Assembly: GCA_040386535.1 (NCBI GenBank)
Contig: JAZKFH010000039.1
Location: forward strand, 92,474 to 156,473
Length of the DNA: 64,000 nt
Origin: Myxococcota bacterium
GTDB lineage: Bacteria; Myxococcota_A; UBA796; SXON01
Reading direction: 5' to 3'
In this document: one piece after another, positions 30,398-38,959 of the stretch
How the letters are laid out: the number at the start of each line of letters is the position of its first letter
Position numbering within the stretch: the first letter of the stretch is position 1
Made by a program: the position numbers and the translations under genes
Notes under the pieces: generated by a model
What the model was told of the DNA's origin: nothing
The model's database searches: none
What the model saw: the letters and a program-made list of their open reading frames with translations, nothing else

Positions 30398-33300
30398 CTA
30401 GGCCTCGGGGCGCGGCGACACGGGGAAGGCCCCGCTGGGGAGCGCGTGGGTCTCGACGCCGCGGAGCTCGGCGAACACGGTGCCGGCGCTGTCCACGAAC
30501 GCGATGTCGGAGGAGACGGAGCGGCCGTTGGTCTTGCGGCCGGTGAGCACGCAACGCACCACGCCCGCGGCGGGAGCGCCGTAGGAGAGCCACGCGCCGA
30601 TCCCGGTGGGGAGCGCGGCGGCGTCGGTGTGGATGCGGTTCCAGAGGAGCGCGAGCTGAAGGCCGCCGTCGAAGGCGGCGAGATCGGTCTTCCACCCGTT
30701 GACCGGCCAGCCGATGTCGTGCGTGCCGGTCAACGTCGCTTCCATGCCGGCCTTCGACGCCCCGGTGATCGCGCGGATCACCTGGAAGCCGGGGCCGTGG
30801 AAGAGGAAGGAGCCGTACACCTCGCCGAGGGCGTGATCGTAGGCGCCCAGGGCCGCGGGGGAGGGGGCGGCGGGCCGCGCCGGCGTGCGCGCGGCGAGCT
30901 CGACGGTGGCGCGGTAGTGCGCGGGGCCGCCGGCGGTCTTGATCTCCATCGCCAGCTGGTTGGGCGCGGCCTCGGTGGCGCGCACCTCGAAGGCATTGCC
31001 GACGCCCTCGAAGGCCGGGAGCGTGATGCCCTTGAGCACCTTCAGGTCGCGACACGCCACCGCCACCATGCCGGGGCGCAGCTCCTGCGCGAGCTGCACG
31101 AACCACTCGAGCGCGAGCACCACCGGGAACACCGGGCTGCCCGCGATCGCGTGGTCGCGCAGGAAGGGGTAGTCCTTGGCCTGGACCACGCGGGTGACGG
31201 TGCCGGAGGCCGAGGCCGCCGTTGCTGACGTTCCCGAGGCCGAGCCCGCCGCGCGCGCCGCCACCGCCGGGGCCGAGGGCGCCTTGGCGGTCGGGGTCTG
31301 GGTGGGCTTGGCCTTGGCGCCGCCCGCCGGCTGGATCATCCCACCGACGACGATCTCGACGGCCCCGGGAGCCGCGAGCTCCGCGACGAACATCTGCGCG
31401 CCCACGTCGATCGGGAGGAGGGGAACGCCCATCGCCGCGAACTGCTTCGCGAGCGCCGGCGTCACCATCCCACCGGCCCACGGGCCCCAGCCGATCGACT
31501 TGACGACGCAGCCGGGACGGCGCTTCGCCTCGCCCGCGGCGACCTTGTTCATCGCCTCGTTCGCCATCGCGTAGTCACACTGGCCGACGTTCCCGCCGCG
31601 CGCCGCGACCGACGAGAAGAGGCAGATCGCCTTGAGCGGGTCGTTGCTGGTGGCCGCGAACAGGGCGAACATCCCGCCGATCTTCGTATCGTAGACGGCG
31701 TCGAACGAGGCATCCGGCTTCTCCGCGATGCGCTTGTCCTGGATGACGCCGGCGCCGTGCACGAGGCCGGTGATGGGCCCGAGGTCCTTTCGAACCTTGG
31801 TGAACGCCGCTTCGAGCGCGGCGCCGTCCTGCACGTCGACCGCGAGGTAGCGCACGGTCGAACCCGCCGCTTCCAACGCCGCGATCGTGGCCCGCGCCTC
31901 GCGTGCGCCGACGACCGCCGCGGCCCGGCGGCCGAGCTCCGGCGGGGTGAGGCCCTTCTCCGTCGAGAAGATGGCCTTCTTGATGGCGTTCTCGTCCACC
32001 GCGGCCGCGACCGCCGGCGCCTCGGGGGCGTCGATGCGGGAGCGGCCGAGGAGCACGAACTTCGGCCGGCACGACCGCGCCAGCGTGAGCAGGCACGCCG
32101 CCGTGACACCACGCGCGCCGCCGCTGACGACGAACACGTCGCTCGGGCCGAAGGCGGGGGCCACCTGGGCGATGTCCACGTCGCGGGCTTCGAGCGTCAC
32201 GCGGCCGGCGCGGGTCACGCCGACCTCGACCGGCCCGGACTGGCCGAGCTCGGCGTCGATCCACGCCGCGAGCGTGGCGGGATCGGCCTCAGCCGAGAGG
32301 TCGATCGCGCGCACGAACGAGGCGGGGTGCTCGAGCGCGGCGGTCTTGGTGAAGCCGGCGAGCCCGGCGAGCACCGCGTGGGTGCGGTCGACGCCGGCGA
32401 GGCCGAAGTCGCCGCCGGTGGCGGTGACCGTGACCCATGCGGTGCCGAGCGCTGCCTTCTTGGCGGCGCGGAACGCCGCCTTGGAGACCGCCACGGCCGT
32501 CGTCACATCGGGCACGTTGGAGAGCGCACCGAGGAACACGACGCCGCGGGTGCCGTCGAGCTGGTCGAACGAGCGCACCACGGCGTCTACTCCGCGGGCC
32601 ACGAGGCGCGCGGCGAGGAGCGCGGCCACGCCCCGGTCGTCCGGGACGAGCGCGAGCGGGCCGACCTTCACCGCGGAGCCCGCGGCGATGGGGGTGACGA
32701 ACACCTCCTGACGAAGAGCGGGGGGGAGCGTCAGGGCGCGCGCCCCCCCACCATCAAAAGGGAGGGGGGTTCCTCCGACGGCGGGAGCGGACTCACCGAG
32801 GAAGGCGACGATCTGGCCGAGCGTCTTGAGCGCGGCCATGCGGTCGGCGTCGACCTCGGGGGTCTCGGGCGCCCGCTCGCGCAGGGCCGAGAGGATCTCG
32901 ACACGCTTGATGGAGTCGATGCCGAGGTCGGCCTCGAGGTTCATGTCGAGGTTGAGCATCTCGACCGGGTACCCGGTCTTCTCGCCGACCACCTCGAGGA
33001 GGAGGCGGGTGGCGTCCATCGTGGGGGCGGCGCTGGTCGCGGAGGCCGCGGGGGCCGCCGACGTCGGCATCGTCTCACCCAGGAAGCTGACGATCTGGCC
33101 GAGCGTCTTGAGCGCGGCCATGCGGTCGGCGTCGACCTCCGGGGTCTCCGGAGCACGCTCGCGCAGGGCGGAGAGGATCTCGACGCGCTTGATGGAGTCG
33201 ATGCCGAGGTCGGCCTCGAGGTTCATGCCGAGGTTCAACATCTCCACGGGGTAGCCGGTCTTCTCGGCGACCACTTCGAGGAGGAGCTTCGTGGGATCGG

Positions 33301-36300
33301 CGCCGCTCGGCTTGGCGGCGACGGGGGCCGCGACCGGGGCGGCGGAACCCTTCGGTGCGCTCTCCCCCAGGAAGGCGACGATCTGGCCGAGCGTCTTGAG
33401 CGCGGCCATGCGGTCGGCGTCGACCTCGGGGGTCTCCGGGGCCTTCTCGCGCAGCGCCGAGAGGATCTCGACGCGCTTGATCGAGTCGATGCCGAGGTCG
33501 GCCTCGAGGTTCATCTCGAGGTTCAACATCTCGGTCGGGTAGCCGGTCTTCTCGGCGACGACCTCGAGGAGCACCTTGGTCAGGTCGACCGCGGGGGCGG
33601 CGGCCACCGGAGCGACCGGCGCGGCGCGCACGGGAGCGACCGGCGCGGGCGCGGCGTACACCGGGGCGGGAGCCGCGGGGGCCGCGTAGACCGGGGCGGG
33701 CGCCGCGTACACGGGAGGCGGGGCCGCGGGCGCCGCGTACACCGGCGCGGGCGCGGCGTACACCGGCGCCGGGAGCGCAGGAGCCGCGTAGACCGGCGCC
33801 GCCAGGGTCGGAGCCCAGGGCTGGGCGGCCGCGAGGGGGGCGCCGGTCACGAGCGACACGAGCGCGCGGGTGGACTCCTCGTGCGAGCGGAGGAACGCGA
33901 TGTGCGCCTCCGACATCGACCGGGTGAAGCTCTCCTGCACGTCCGCCATCTGGCGCTGGCTGTCCTGGAAGGCCGCGACCCAGGGGTTCGGGCCCCACGA
34001 CTGGGCGGGGGCGGGCGCCGGTGTGGCGACCGGAGTCGCGTGCACTTCGGTGACGGGGGGCGCGACGGGGCGCGAGGCGGCCACCACCGCGCCGGTCGCC
34101 GACGGGGTGGGGAGGGGATGCGTGTGGACTCCGGTCTTCACGAGGGCGTCCTCCTTGCGTGCGGGCGTGTGGAGCGTGTGGGAGGGGAGCGTCGGCCCGC
34201 CGCCGGAGGGCGTCGGGTAGGGCTTCCCGTAGTTGGAACCGTTGATCTGCACCGCCATCTTCGGCGCCGGAGCCTTCAGGGGATTGGCGTCCCGCTGGGC
34301 CCAGAGCGGCTCGAAGCGCACGGGCAGTCCGAGCGCGGCGGCGCGGCCGAGGGCCGCGAGCAGGGCGTCTACACCCGAGCGGCCCTTCTGGTCCACCGAG
34401 AAGGCCTCGTGCGGGCGATCTCCGAGGATCCTCGTCACGAGGCCGGAGAGCACGCCGCCGGGGCCGACCTCGATGAACGTGCGCACGCCCGAAACGTACA
34501 TCGCCTCGACCTGCTCCACGAAGCGGACCGGCTTGGCGAGGTGGGCGCCGAGCGCCTCGGCGAGCCCGCTCGGCGCGAGCGTCGCGGCGGTGGTGTTGGA
34601 CCACACCGGCACGTTGGGCGCGGTGAACTCGACGCCGCGCAGGTGCGCCGCGAAGGCCTCGGCGGCCGGGGCCACGATCGGCGAGTGGAAGGCGGTCGCG
34701 ACGGCGAGGCGGGTGGCGCGGAGGCCCGCCGTCTTGCAGCGCGCGATCACGGCGTCGACGCCCTCGATCGTGCCCGCGATGACGGTCTGCTCGGGGGCGT
34801 TGAGGTTGGCGATGTTGACGCCGTCGACCAGGTGGGGGGTCACGTCGGCCGCGGTACCGGTCACCGCGGCCATCGCGCCGGGGGTCTCGCTCGCGCCGGC
34901 CATGAGCACGCCGCGGGTGCGGGCGGCGGTCATCCAGTCGCCGAACGCCATCGAGCCCGCGGCCCAGAGCGCCGTGAGCTCGCCGAAGCTGTGGCCCGCC
35001 GTCGCGTCGGGACGGAGCCCGCACACGGCGAGCATCGCCACCATGGCCGAGCTCGTGGCGCCGATCGCGGGCTGGGCCCACTCGGTGCGCACCAGCAGGG
35101 CCTCGTCGCGCGCGCGGTCCTCCTTGGTGAAGGTGGGGCGCGGGAACAACACGTTCGCGAGCCCGGGCACGGCGGCCTCGGCGTCGTCATAGGCGGCGCG
35201 CGCGGCGTCGAAGCGCATCGCGAGGTCCTTGCCCATGTCGATGTACTGGCTGCCCTGGCCGGGGAACAGGAACGCGACCTGCCCCTTGTCGAACCCGGGG
35301 TGGAAGTACACGTGCGCCCGGTGGATGGGCTTGCCCTCGCGAACGGTCGCGATCGCGCGGTCGAGGATCGGATCGATCGGCTCCTCGACGACCAGCGCGA
35401 TGCGGAAGGGCTGCTTCGCGTCGAACGCCTTCTGGCACTCGTACGCGAGCTGGATGAGCGGCTGCCCGCGGGCCGCTTCGAGCTTCGCCACGAGCGCCGC
35501 GGCGGTGTCGGCCGAGAACACGAGGAGCTCGGCGGTGGGCAGATCCGCGCGGAGCGGGCGGCGCGCGGAGCCGACGTACTCCTCACAGGTCATGTGGAAG
35601 TTCGAGCCGCCGAAGCCGAACGAGCTGACGCTGGCGCGGCGGGGGTGGGCCTTGCCGTGGATCCAGGGCCGCGCCTCGGTGTTGACGTAGAAGGGGCTGT
35701 TCGGGAAGTCGGCCGCGGGCGTCGGCTTCGTGACCTTGATCGTGGGCGGAAGCACCTTGTGGTGCAGCGCCATCACCACCTTGAGCAGGCCCGCGGCGCC
35801 CGCGGCGGCCTTGGTGTGGCCGATCTGGGACTTGATGGAGCCGAGCGCGCACCACTGGCGATCCTTGCGGCCGGACTCCTCGAACACCATCTTGAGGCCC
35901 TTGATCTCGGCGGCGTCCCCCGCCTTGGTCGCGGTGCCGTGCGCCTCGACCAGATCGACGGTCTCGGGGCCGTAGCCGGCCACCTCGTAGGCCTTGCGCA
36001 GCGCACGGGCCTGGCCTTCGGGGACCGGCGCGTACACTGACTTGGACTTGCCGTCCGACGAGGTGCCGATGCCCTTGATCACCGCGTAGATCTGGTCCCC
36101 GTCGCGTTCGGCGTCGGCGAGGCGCTTGAGCGCCATCATGCCGAGGCCCTCGCCGAGGAGCGTGCCGTCGCCCGCCTCGTCGAACGGGCGGCAATCGCCC
36201 GAGGGCGAGAGCGCCGGGGTCTTGCTGAAGCACATGTACATGAAGATGTCGTTCAGCGTGTCGACACCGCCGGTCACCACCATGTCGCTCTGGCCGAGGC

Positions 36301-36970
36301 GGAGCTCGTTGATCGCGAGGTGCACCGCCGCGAGGGCGCTGGCGCACGCGGCGTCCGTGATGCAGTTCGTGCCGCCGAGGTTCAGGCGGTTCGCGATGCG
36401 CCCGGCGACGACGTTGCCGAGGAGGCCGGGGAAGGAGCTCTCCTGCCAGCCGACGTAGTGGCTCGCGATGCGATCGCAGGCCTCCTTCACGTCGGCCTCG
36501 GCCATGCCCATGCCGCGGAGCGAGCGCTCCCAGACGGGGCGCTGGAGGCGGCTCACCAGCGAGCTCAACAGCTCCTGGGCGCCGGTGACGCCGAGGATGA
36601 CCGACACGCGGCTGGTGTCCATCGCGGCGGTCTTGAATCCGGAAACGTCGTCCAGCACGGCCTGCGCGACGATGAGCGCGAGGAGCTGGGACGTGTCGGT
36701 GGCCGGGAGGATGGACGGCGGGATGCCGAAGCCCATCGCGTCGAACGGCACCTCGTCGAGGAAGGCGCCGCGCTTGGCGTACGTCTTGTCCGGTGCCTTC
36801 GGGTCGGCGTCGTAGTAGTCGGAGATCAGCCAGTGGCCGGCGGGGATCTCGCGGATGAGATCCTTCTTCGCCAGGATGTTCTGCCAGAAGCCGGTGGTGT
36901 CGTGGGAGCCCGGGAACAGGGCGCCGGCGCCGACGACGGCGATGGGGGTGAACGGGGCTTCCGTGGTCAT
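30398..36970 (-). CDS. pfa2: PUFA synthase Pfa2 (PfaA-like): KS, MAT, three ACPs, KR, PKS-type DH
   Basis: Start ATG 36970 after AGGAAG. KS DAACASA/EAHGT/GHTK; MAT GQGSQ, GHSFG, AFHS; three LGIDSIKRVEIL ACPs; KR GGARGVT/YAMAN; DH LRDHAIAGSPVFP, DGGLQ. Confidence 0.95.
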   Translation of the reverse strand: MTTEAPFTPIAVVGAGALFPGSHDTTGFWQNILAKKDLIREIPAGHWLISDYYDADPKAPDKTYAKRGAFLDEVPFDAMGFGIPPSILPATDTSQLLALIVAQAVLDDVSGFKTAAMDTSRVSVILGVTGAQELLSSLVSRLQRPVWERSLRGMGMAEADVKEACDRIASHYVGWQESSFPGLLGNVVAGRIANRLNLGGTNCITDAACASALAAVHLAINELRLGQSDMVVTGGVDTLNDIFMYMCFSKTPALSPSGDCRPFDEAGDGTLLGEGLGMMALKRLADAERDGDQIYAVIKGIGTSSDGKSKSVYAPVPEGQARALRKAYEVAGYGPETVDLVEAHGTATKAGDAAEIKGLKMVFEESGRKDRQWCALGSIKSQIGHTKAAAGAAGLLKVVMALHHKVLPPTIKVTKPTPAADFPNSPFYVNTEARPWIHGKAHPRRASVSSFGFGGSNFHMTCEEYVGSARRPLRADLPTAELLVFSADTAAALVAKLEAARGQPLIQLAYECQKAFDAKQPFRIALVVEEPIDPILDRAIATVREGKPIHRAHVYFHPGFDKGQVAFLFPGQGSQYIDMGKDLAMRFDAARAAYDDAEAAVPGLANVLFPRPTFTKEDRARDEALLVRTEWAQPAIGATSSAMVAMLAVCGLRPDATAGHSFGELTALWAAGSMAFGDWMTAARTRGVLMAGASETPGAMAAVTGTAADVTPHLVDGVNIANLNAPEQTVIAGTIEGVDAVIARCKTAGLRATRLAVATAFHSPIVAPAAEAFAAHLRGVEFTAPNVPVWSNTTAATLAPSGLAEALGAHLAKPVRFVEQVEAMYVSGVRTFIEVGPGGVLSGLVTRILGDRPHEAFSVDQKGRSGVDALLAALGRAAALGLPVRFEPLWAQRDANPLKAPAPKMAVQINGSNYGKPYPTPSGGGPTLPSHTLHTPARKEDALVKTGVHTHPLPTPSATGAVVAASRPVAPPVTEVHATPVATPAPAPAQSWGPNPWVAAFQDSQRQMADVQESFTRSMSEAHIAFLRSHEESTRALVSLVTGAPLAAAQPWAPTLAAPVYAAPALPAPVYAAPAPVYAAPAAPPPVYAAPAPVYAAPAAPAPVYAAPAPVAPVRAAPVAPVAAAPAVDLTKVLLEVVAEKTGYPTEMLNLEMNLEADLGIDSIKRVEILSALREKAPETPEVDADRMAALKTLGQIVAFLGESAPKGSAAPVAAPVAAKPSGADPTKLLLEVVAEKTGYPVEMLNLGMNLEADLGIDSIKRVEILSALRERAPETPEVDADRMAALKTLGQIVSFLGETMPTSAAPAASATSAAPTMDATRLLLEVVGEKTGYPVEMLNLDMNLEADLGIDSIKRVEILSALRERAPETPEVDADRMAALKTLGQIVAFLGESAPAVGGTPLPFDGGGARALTLPPALRQEVFVTPIAAGSAVKVGPLALVPDDRGVAALLAARLVARGVDAVVRSFDQLDGTRGVVFLGALSNVPDVTTAVAVSKAAFRAAKKAALGTAWVTVTATGGDFGLAGVDRTHAVLAGLAGFTKTAALEHPASFVRAIDLSAEADPATLAAWIDAELGQSGPVEVGVTRAGRVTLEARDVDIAQVAPAFGPSDVFVVSGGARGVTAACLLTLARSCRPKFVLLGRSRIDAPEAPAVAAAVDENAIKKAIFSTEKGLTPPELGRRAAAVVGAREARATIAALEAAGSTVRYLAVDVQDGAALEAAFTKVRKDLGPITGLVHGAGVIQDKRIAEKPDASFDAVYDTKIGGMFALFAATSNDPLKAICLFSSVAARGGNVGQCDYAMANEAMNKVAAGEAKRRPGCVVKSIGWGPWAGGMVTPALAKQFAAMGVPLLPIDVGAQMFVAELAAPGAVEIVVGGMIQPAGGAKAKPTQTPTAKAPSAPAVAARAAGSASGTSATAASASGTVTRVVQAKDYPFLRDHAIAGSPVFPVVLALEWFVQLAQELRPGMVAVACRDLKVLKGITLPAFEGVGNAFEVRATEAAPNQLAMEIKTAGGPAHYRATVELAARTPARPAAPSPAALGAYDHALGEVYGSFLFHGPGFQVIRAITGASKAGMEATLTGTHDIGWPVNGWKTDLAAFDGGLQLALLWNRIHTDAAALPTGIGAWLSYGAPAAGVVRCVLTGRKTNGRSVSSDIAFVDSAGTVFAELRGVETHALPSGAFPVSPRPEA
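32722..32776 (-). promoter_or_regulatory. Candidate programmed -1 ribosomal frameshift signal in pfa2
   Basis: Internal SD-like GGAGGA (32776-32771), 8 nt, in-frame C CCT TTT (32762-32756), -1-frame TGA (32756-32754), spacer GATGGT, stem GGGGGGGCG/CGCTCCCCC. Confidence 0.65.
32790..33585 (-). repeat. Three tandem, nearly identical ACP-encoding repeats in pfa2
   Basis: Three copies of LLEVV(A/G)EKTGYP-EMLNL-MNLEADLGIDSIKRVEILSALRE-APETPEVDADRMAALKTLGQIV with near-identical DNA. Confidence 0.93.
33640..33800 (-). repeat. Six PVYAAP peptide repeats in the Pro/Ala linker before the ACPs
   Basis: Repeated gcgtac/gcgtag-accggc units on the + strand. Confidence 0.8.
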
Positions 36971-36987
36971 CGGTTGCTTCCTGGGGT

Positions 36988-38601
36988 TCAAGTGAGGGGG
37001 CGGGGCGAGAAGGCGAAGGCCTCTTCGGGGACCGCCACGCCGTAGGTGCGAAGTTGTTGGGCGCGGGTGATCACCGCGGCGCCCTCGAGCAGATTGGCGG
37101 CGATCTCGACCACCGAGCGCGCCGAGGCGGGCTCGAGGAACGTGCCCTTGACCCAGGCGTTGAAGGCGCCCTGCGCGGGGCCGGCCCAGATCTGGTAGTC
37201 GGCGACGCGGGAGGTGTCGCCCTCGATGGCCCAGCGGCTAGACTTGCCGAGGTACCAGCGGAACACCAGCGCCATCTTGTGGCGTGCGTCTTTTTCCGCC
37301 TTCTCGACCTGGCGCGCGTCACGCCCGTTCCAGAAGGAGCGGGTACCGTCCCACACCGCGTCGAAGTCGGCCTTGAGGATGTCCTTCTCGACCTTCGCGC
37401 GGTCGGCCGCGGGGATGGCCTCGTAGCTCTCGTAGGTCCGGTACAGGTCGCGGAGCTTGTGGGCGCGCGCGGCGAACATCGTGCCGCGCTTGAGGACCTG
37501 CACCTCGACGCCGAGCTCGAACATGTCGGCGGCGGGGGCCATCGTCACGTCGGCCACGTCGGCCTTGCAGAGCATCTCCTTGGCGAGGGGCGAGATGTCC
37601 GCCTCGAGGGTGCACTGGTTTACCGAGCCCGTGAGGACGTAGGCGGCGCCGAGCCCGAAGGCGGACGCGATCGACGCCGGGGTGCCGAGGCCGCCCGCGG
37701 CGCCGACCCGCACGGGGCGGGAATAGCCGTGCTGGGCGGCGAGGCGGTCGCGCAGGCCGGCGATGGTCGGGAACAGCGAGCCGAGCGGGCGATTGTCGGT
37801 GTGGCCGCCGGAGTCGGACTCGACCGTGATGTCCTCCGCGAGGGGCAACATCCGCGCGAGCCGTGCTTCTTCCTGGGTGAGCTTGCCGTCCCGCACGAGC
37901 GTGTCGAGGATCTCGCCGGGCGGCGGGGCGAGGAAGCGGGCGGCGGTCTCGGGGCGGGAGATCTTCGCGAAGAGGTGGTTCTTGCGGTGGATCCGACCGT
38001 CGGGGGTGACGGAGAGTCCGGTGCACGCGTAGCGGACCACGTGGGAGGTGAGGCCCATGTACGCGGAGGCGCTGACGCGGCGCACGCCGCGGGCCAGGTA
38101 CAGGTCGACGATGCCGGCCTCGAGGAGCGGCTCGCTGGGCGAATGGATGAGGTTCGCGCCGAAGGGGAGATCGCCGAGGGCGGCCTGGAGCTCGTCGATC
38201 GAGGCGGTGACGCGCCCGAGCGAGAGGCCGGCGGAGCCGAAGAAGCCGATCATGCCGGCGCGGGCCATCGCGATGACGATGGCGGTCGACGCGATGCCGT
38301 TCGCCATGGCGCCCGCGATGTACGGGAAGCGGGTGCCGTGGGTCTCCGCGAAGGAGCGATCCCCGAGCCACTCGGGCCACAAGGAGGGGAGGGTGCCGAG
38401 CCAGGCGATGTCGGCGGGAGAGGCCGATCCGGGGGCGGGGACACCGTCGAAGGCGAGGCCCACGCGGCCCCCGTTGGCCTCGCGCACGATGTGCGCGGGC
38501 TCGCGGATGCGGGCGACCGCCGACGCGATGGCGGCGCGGTCGTAGGCGGCCGAAGAGGTCGGCCGGAAGGTGCCTAGGGTGGGTAGGGTGCTGACGGACA
38601 G
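36988..38601 (-). CDS. pfa1: PUFA synthase Pfa1 (PfaD-like flavin enoyl reductase)
   Basis: LGDRSF, YIAGAMANGI, GANLIHSP, SASAY, FAKISRPE, ESDSGGHTDNRP, VGAAGG, APAADMFELG, DYQIWAGP. The ORF track start is GTG 38487, but the frame stays open to a TAG at 38635-38637; proposed start is CTG 38601. Confidence 0.92.
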   Translation of the reverse strand: MSVSTLPTLGTFRPTSSAAYDRAAIASAVARIREPAHIVREANGGRVGLAFDGVPAPGSASPADIAWLGTLPSLWPEWLGDRSFAETHGTRFPYIAGAMANGIASTAIVIAMARAGMIGFFGSAGLSLGRVTASIDELQAALGDLPFGANLIHSPSEPLLEAGIVDLYLARGVRRVSASAYMGLTSHVVRYACTGLSVTPDGRIHRKNHLFAKISRPETAARFLAPPPGEILDTLVRDGKLTQEEARLARMLPLAEDITVESDSGGHTDNRPLGSLFPTIAGLRDRLAAQHGYSRPVRVGAAGGLGTPASIASAFGLGAAYVLTGSVNQCTLEADISPLAKEMLCKADVADVTMAPAADMFELGVEVQVLKRGTMFAARAHKLRDLYRTYESYEAIPAADRAKVEKDILKADFDAVWDGTRSFWNGRDARQVEKAEKDARHKMALVFRWYLGKSSRWAIEGDTSRVADYQIWAGPAQGAFNAWVKGTFLEPASARSVVEIAANLLEGAAVITRAQQLRTYGVAVPEEAFAFSPRPLT

Positions 38602-38959
38602 AGGGGCTCCCAGGGCGGACGAAGGCGGGCCGATCTACTCCGGCGGGACGGGCCGGGTGTCACGGGTTGGTCACGGTCACGTGATTGGCGCAAAGAACCC
38701 AGGATCTGCTCCAGCAGAGGATCGTAGGCGTGGCCGCACGTGTGGCACCGTGGAGCGCGGCCGCCTCGCGCCTGCCTGGAAGGGACCCTTTCGGGGGGAA
38801 GGTCGAGCTCGACGAGCAGGCGATCCCTTTGCACCGACGAGGGGACCGTCAAGCGGGGATCGTCCTCACCCTTCCGCCGGAGGGCCGCCGGTGTGTGTCC
38901 TGGCTTCATAGGAAGAACGCCGAGAATCGACGCGCCCGGGCCGCGGGTTATGCTCCCGG

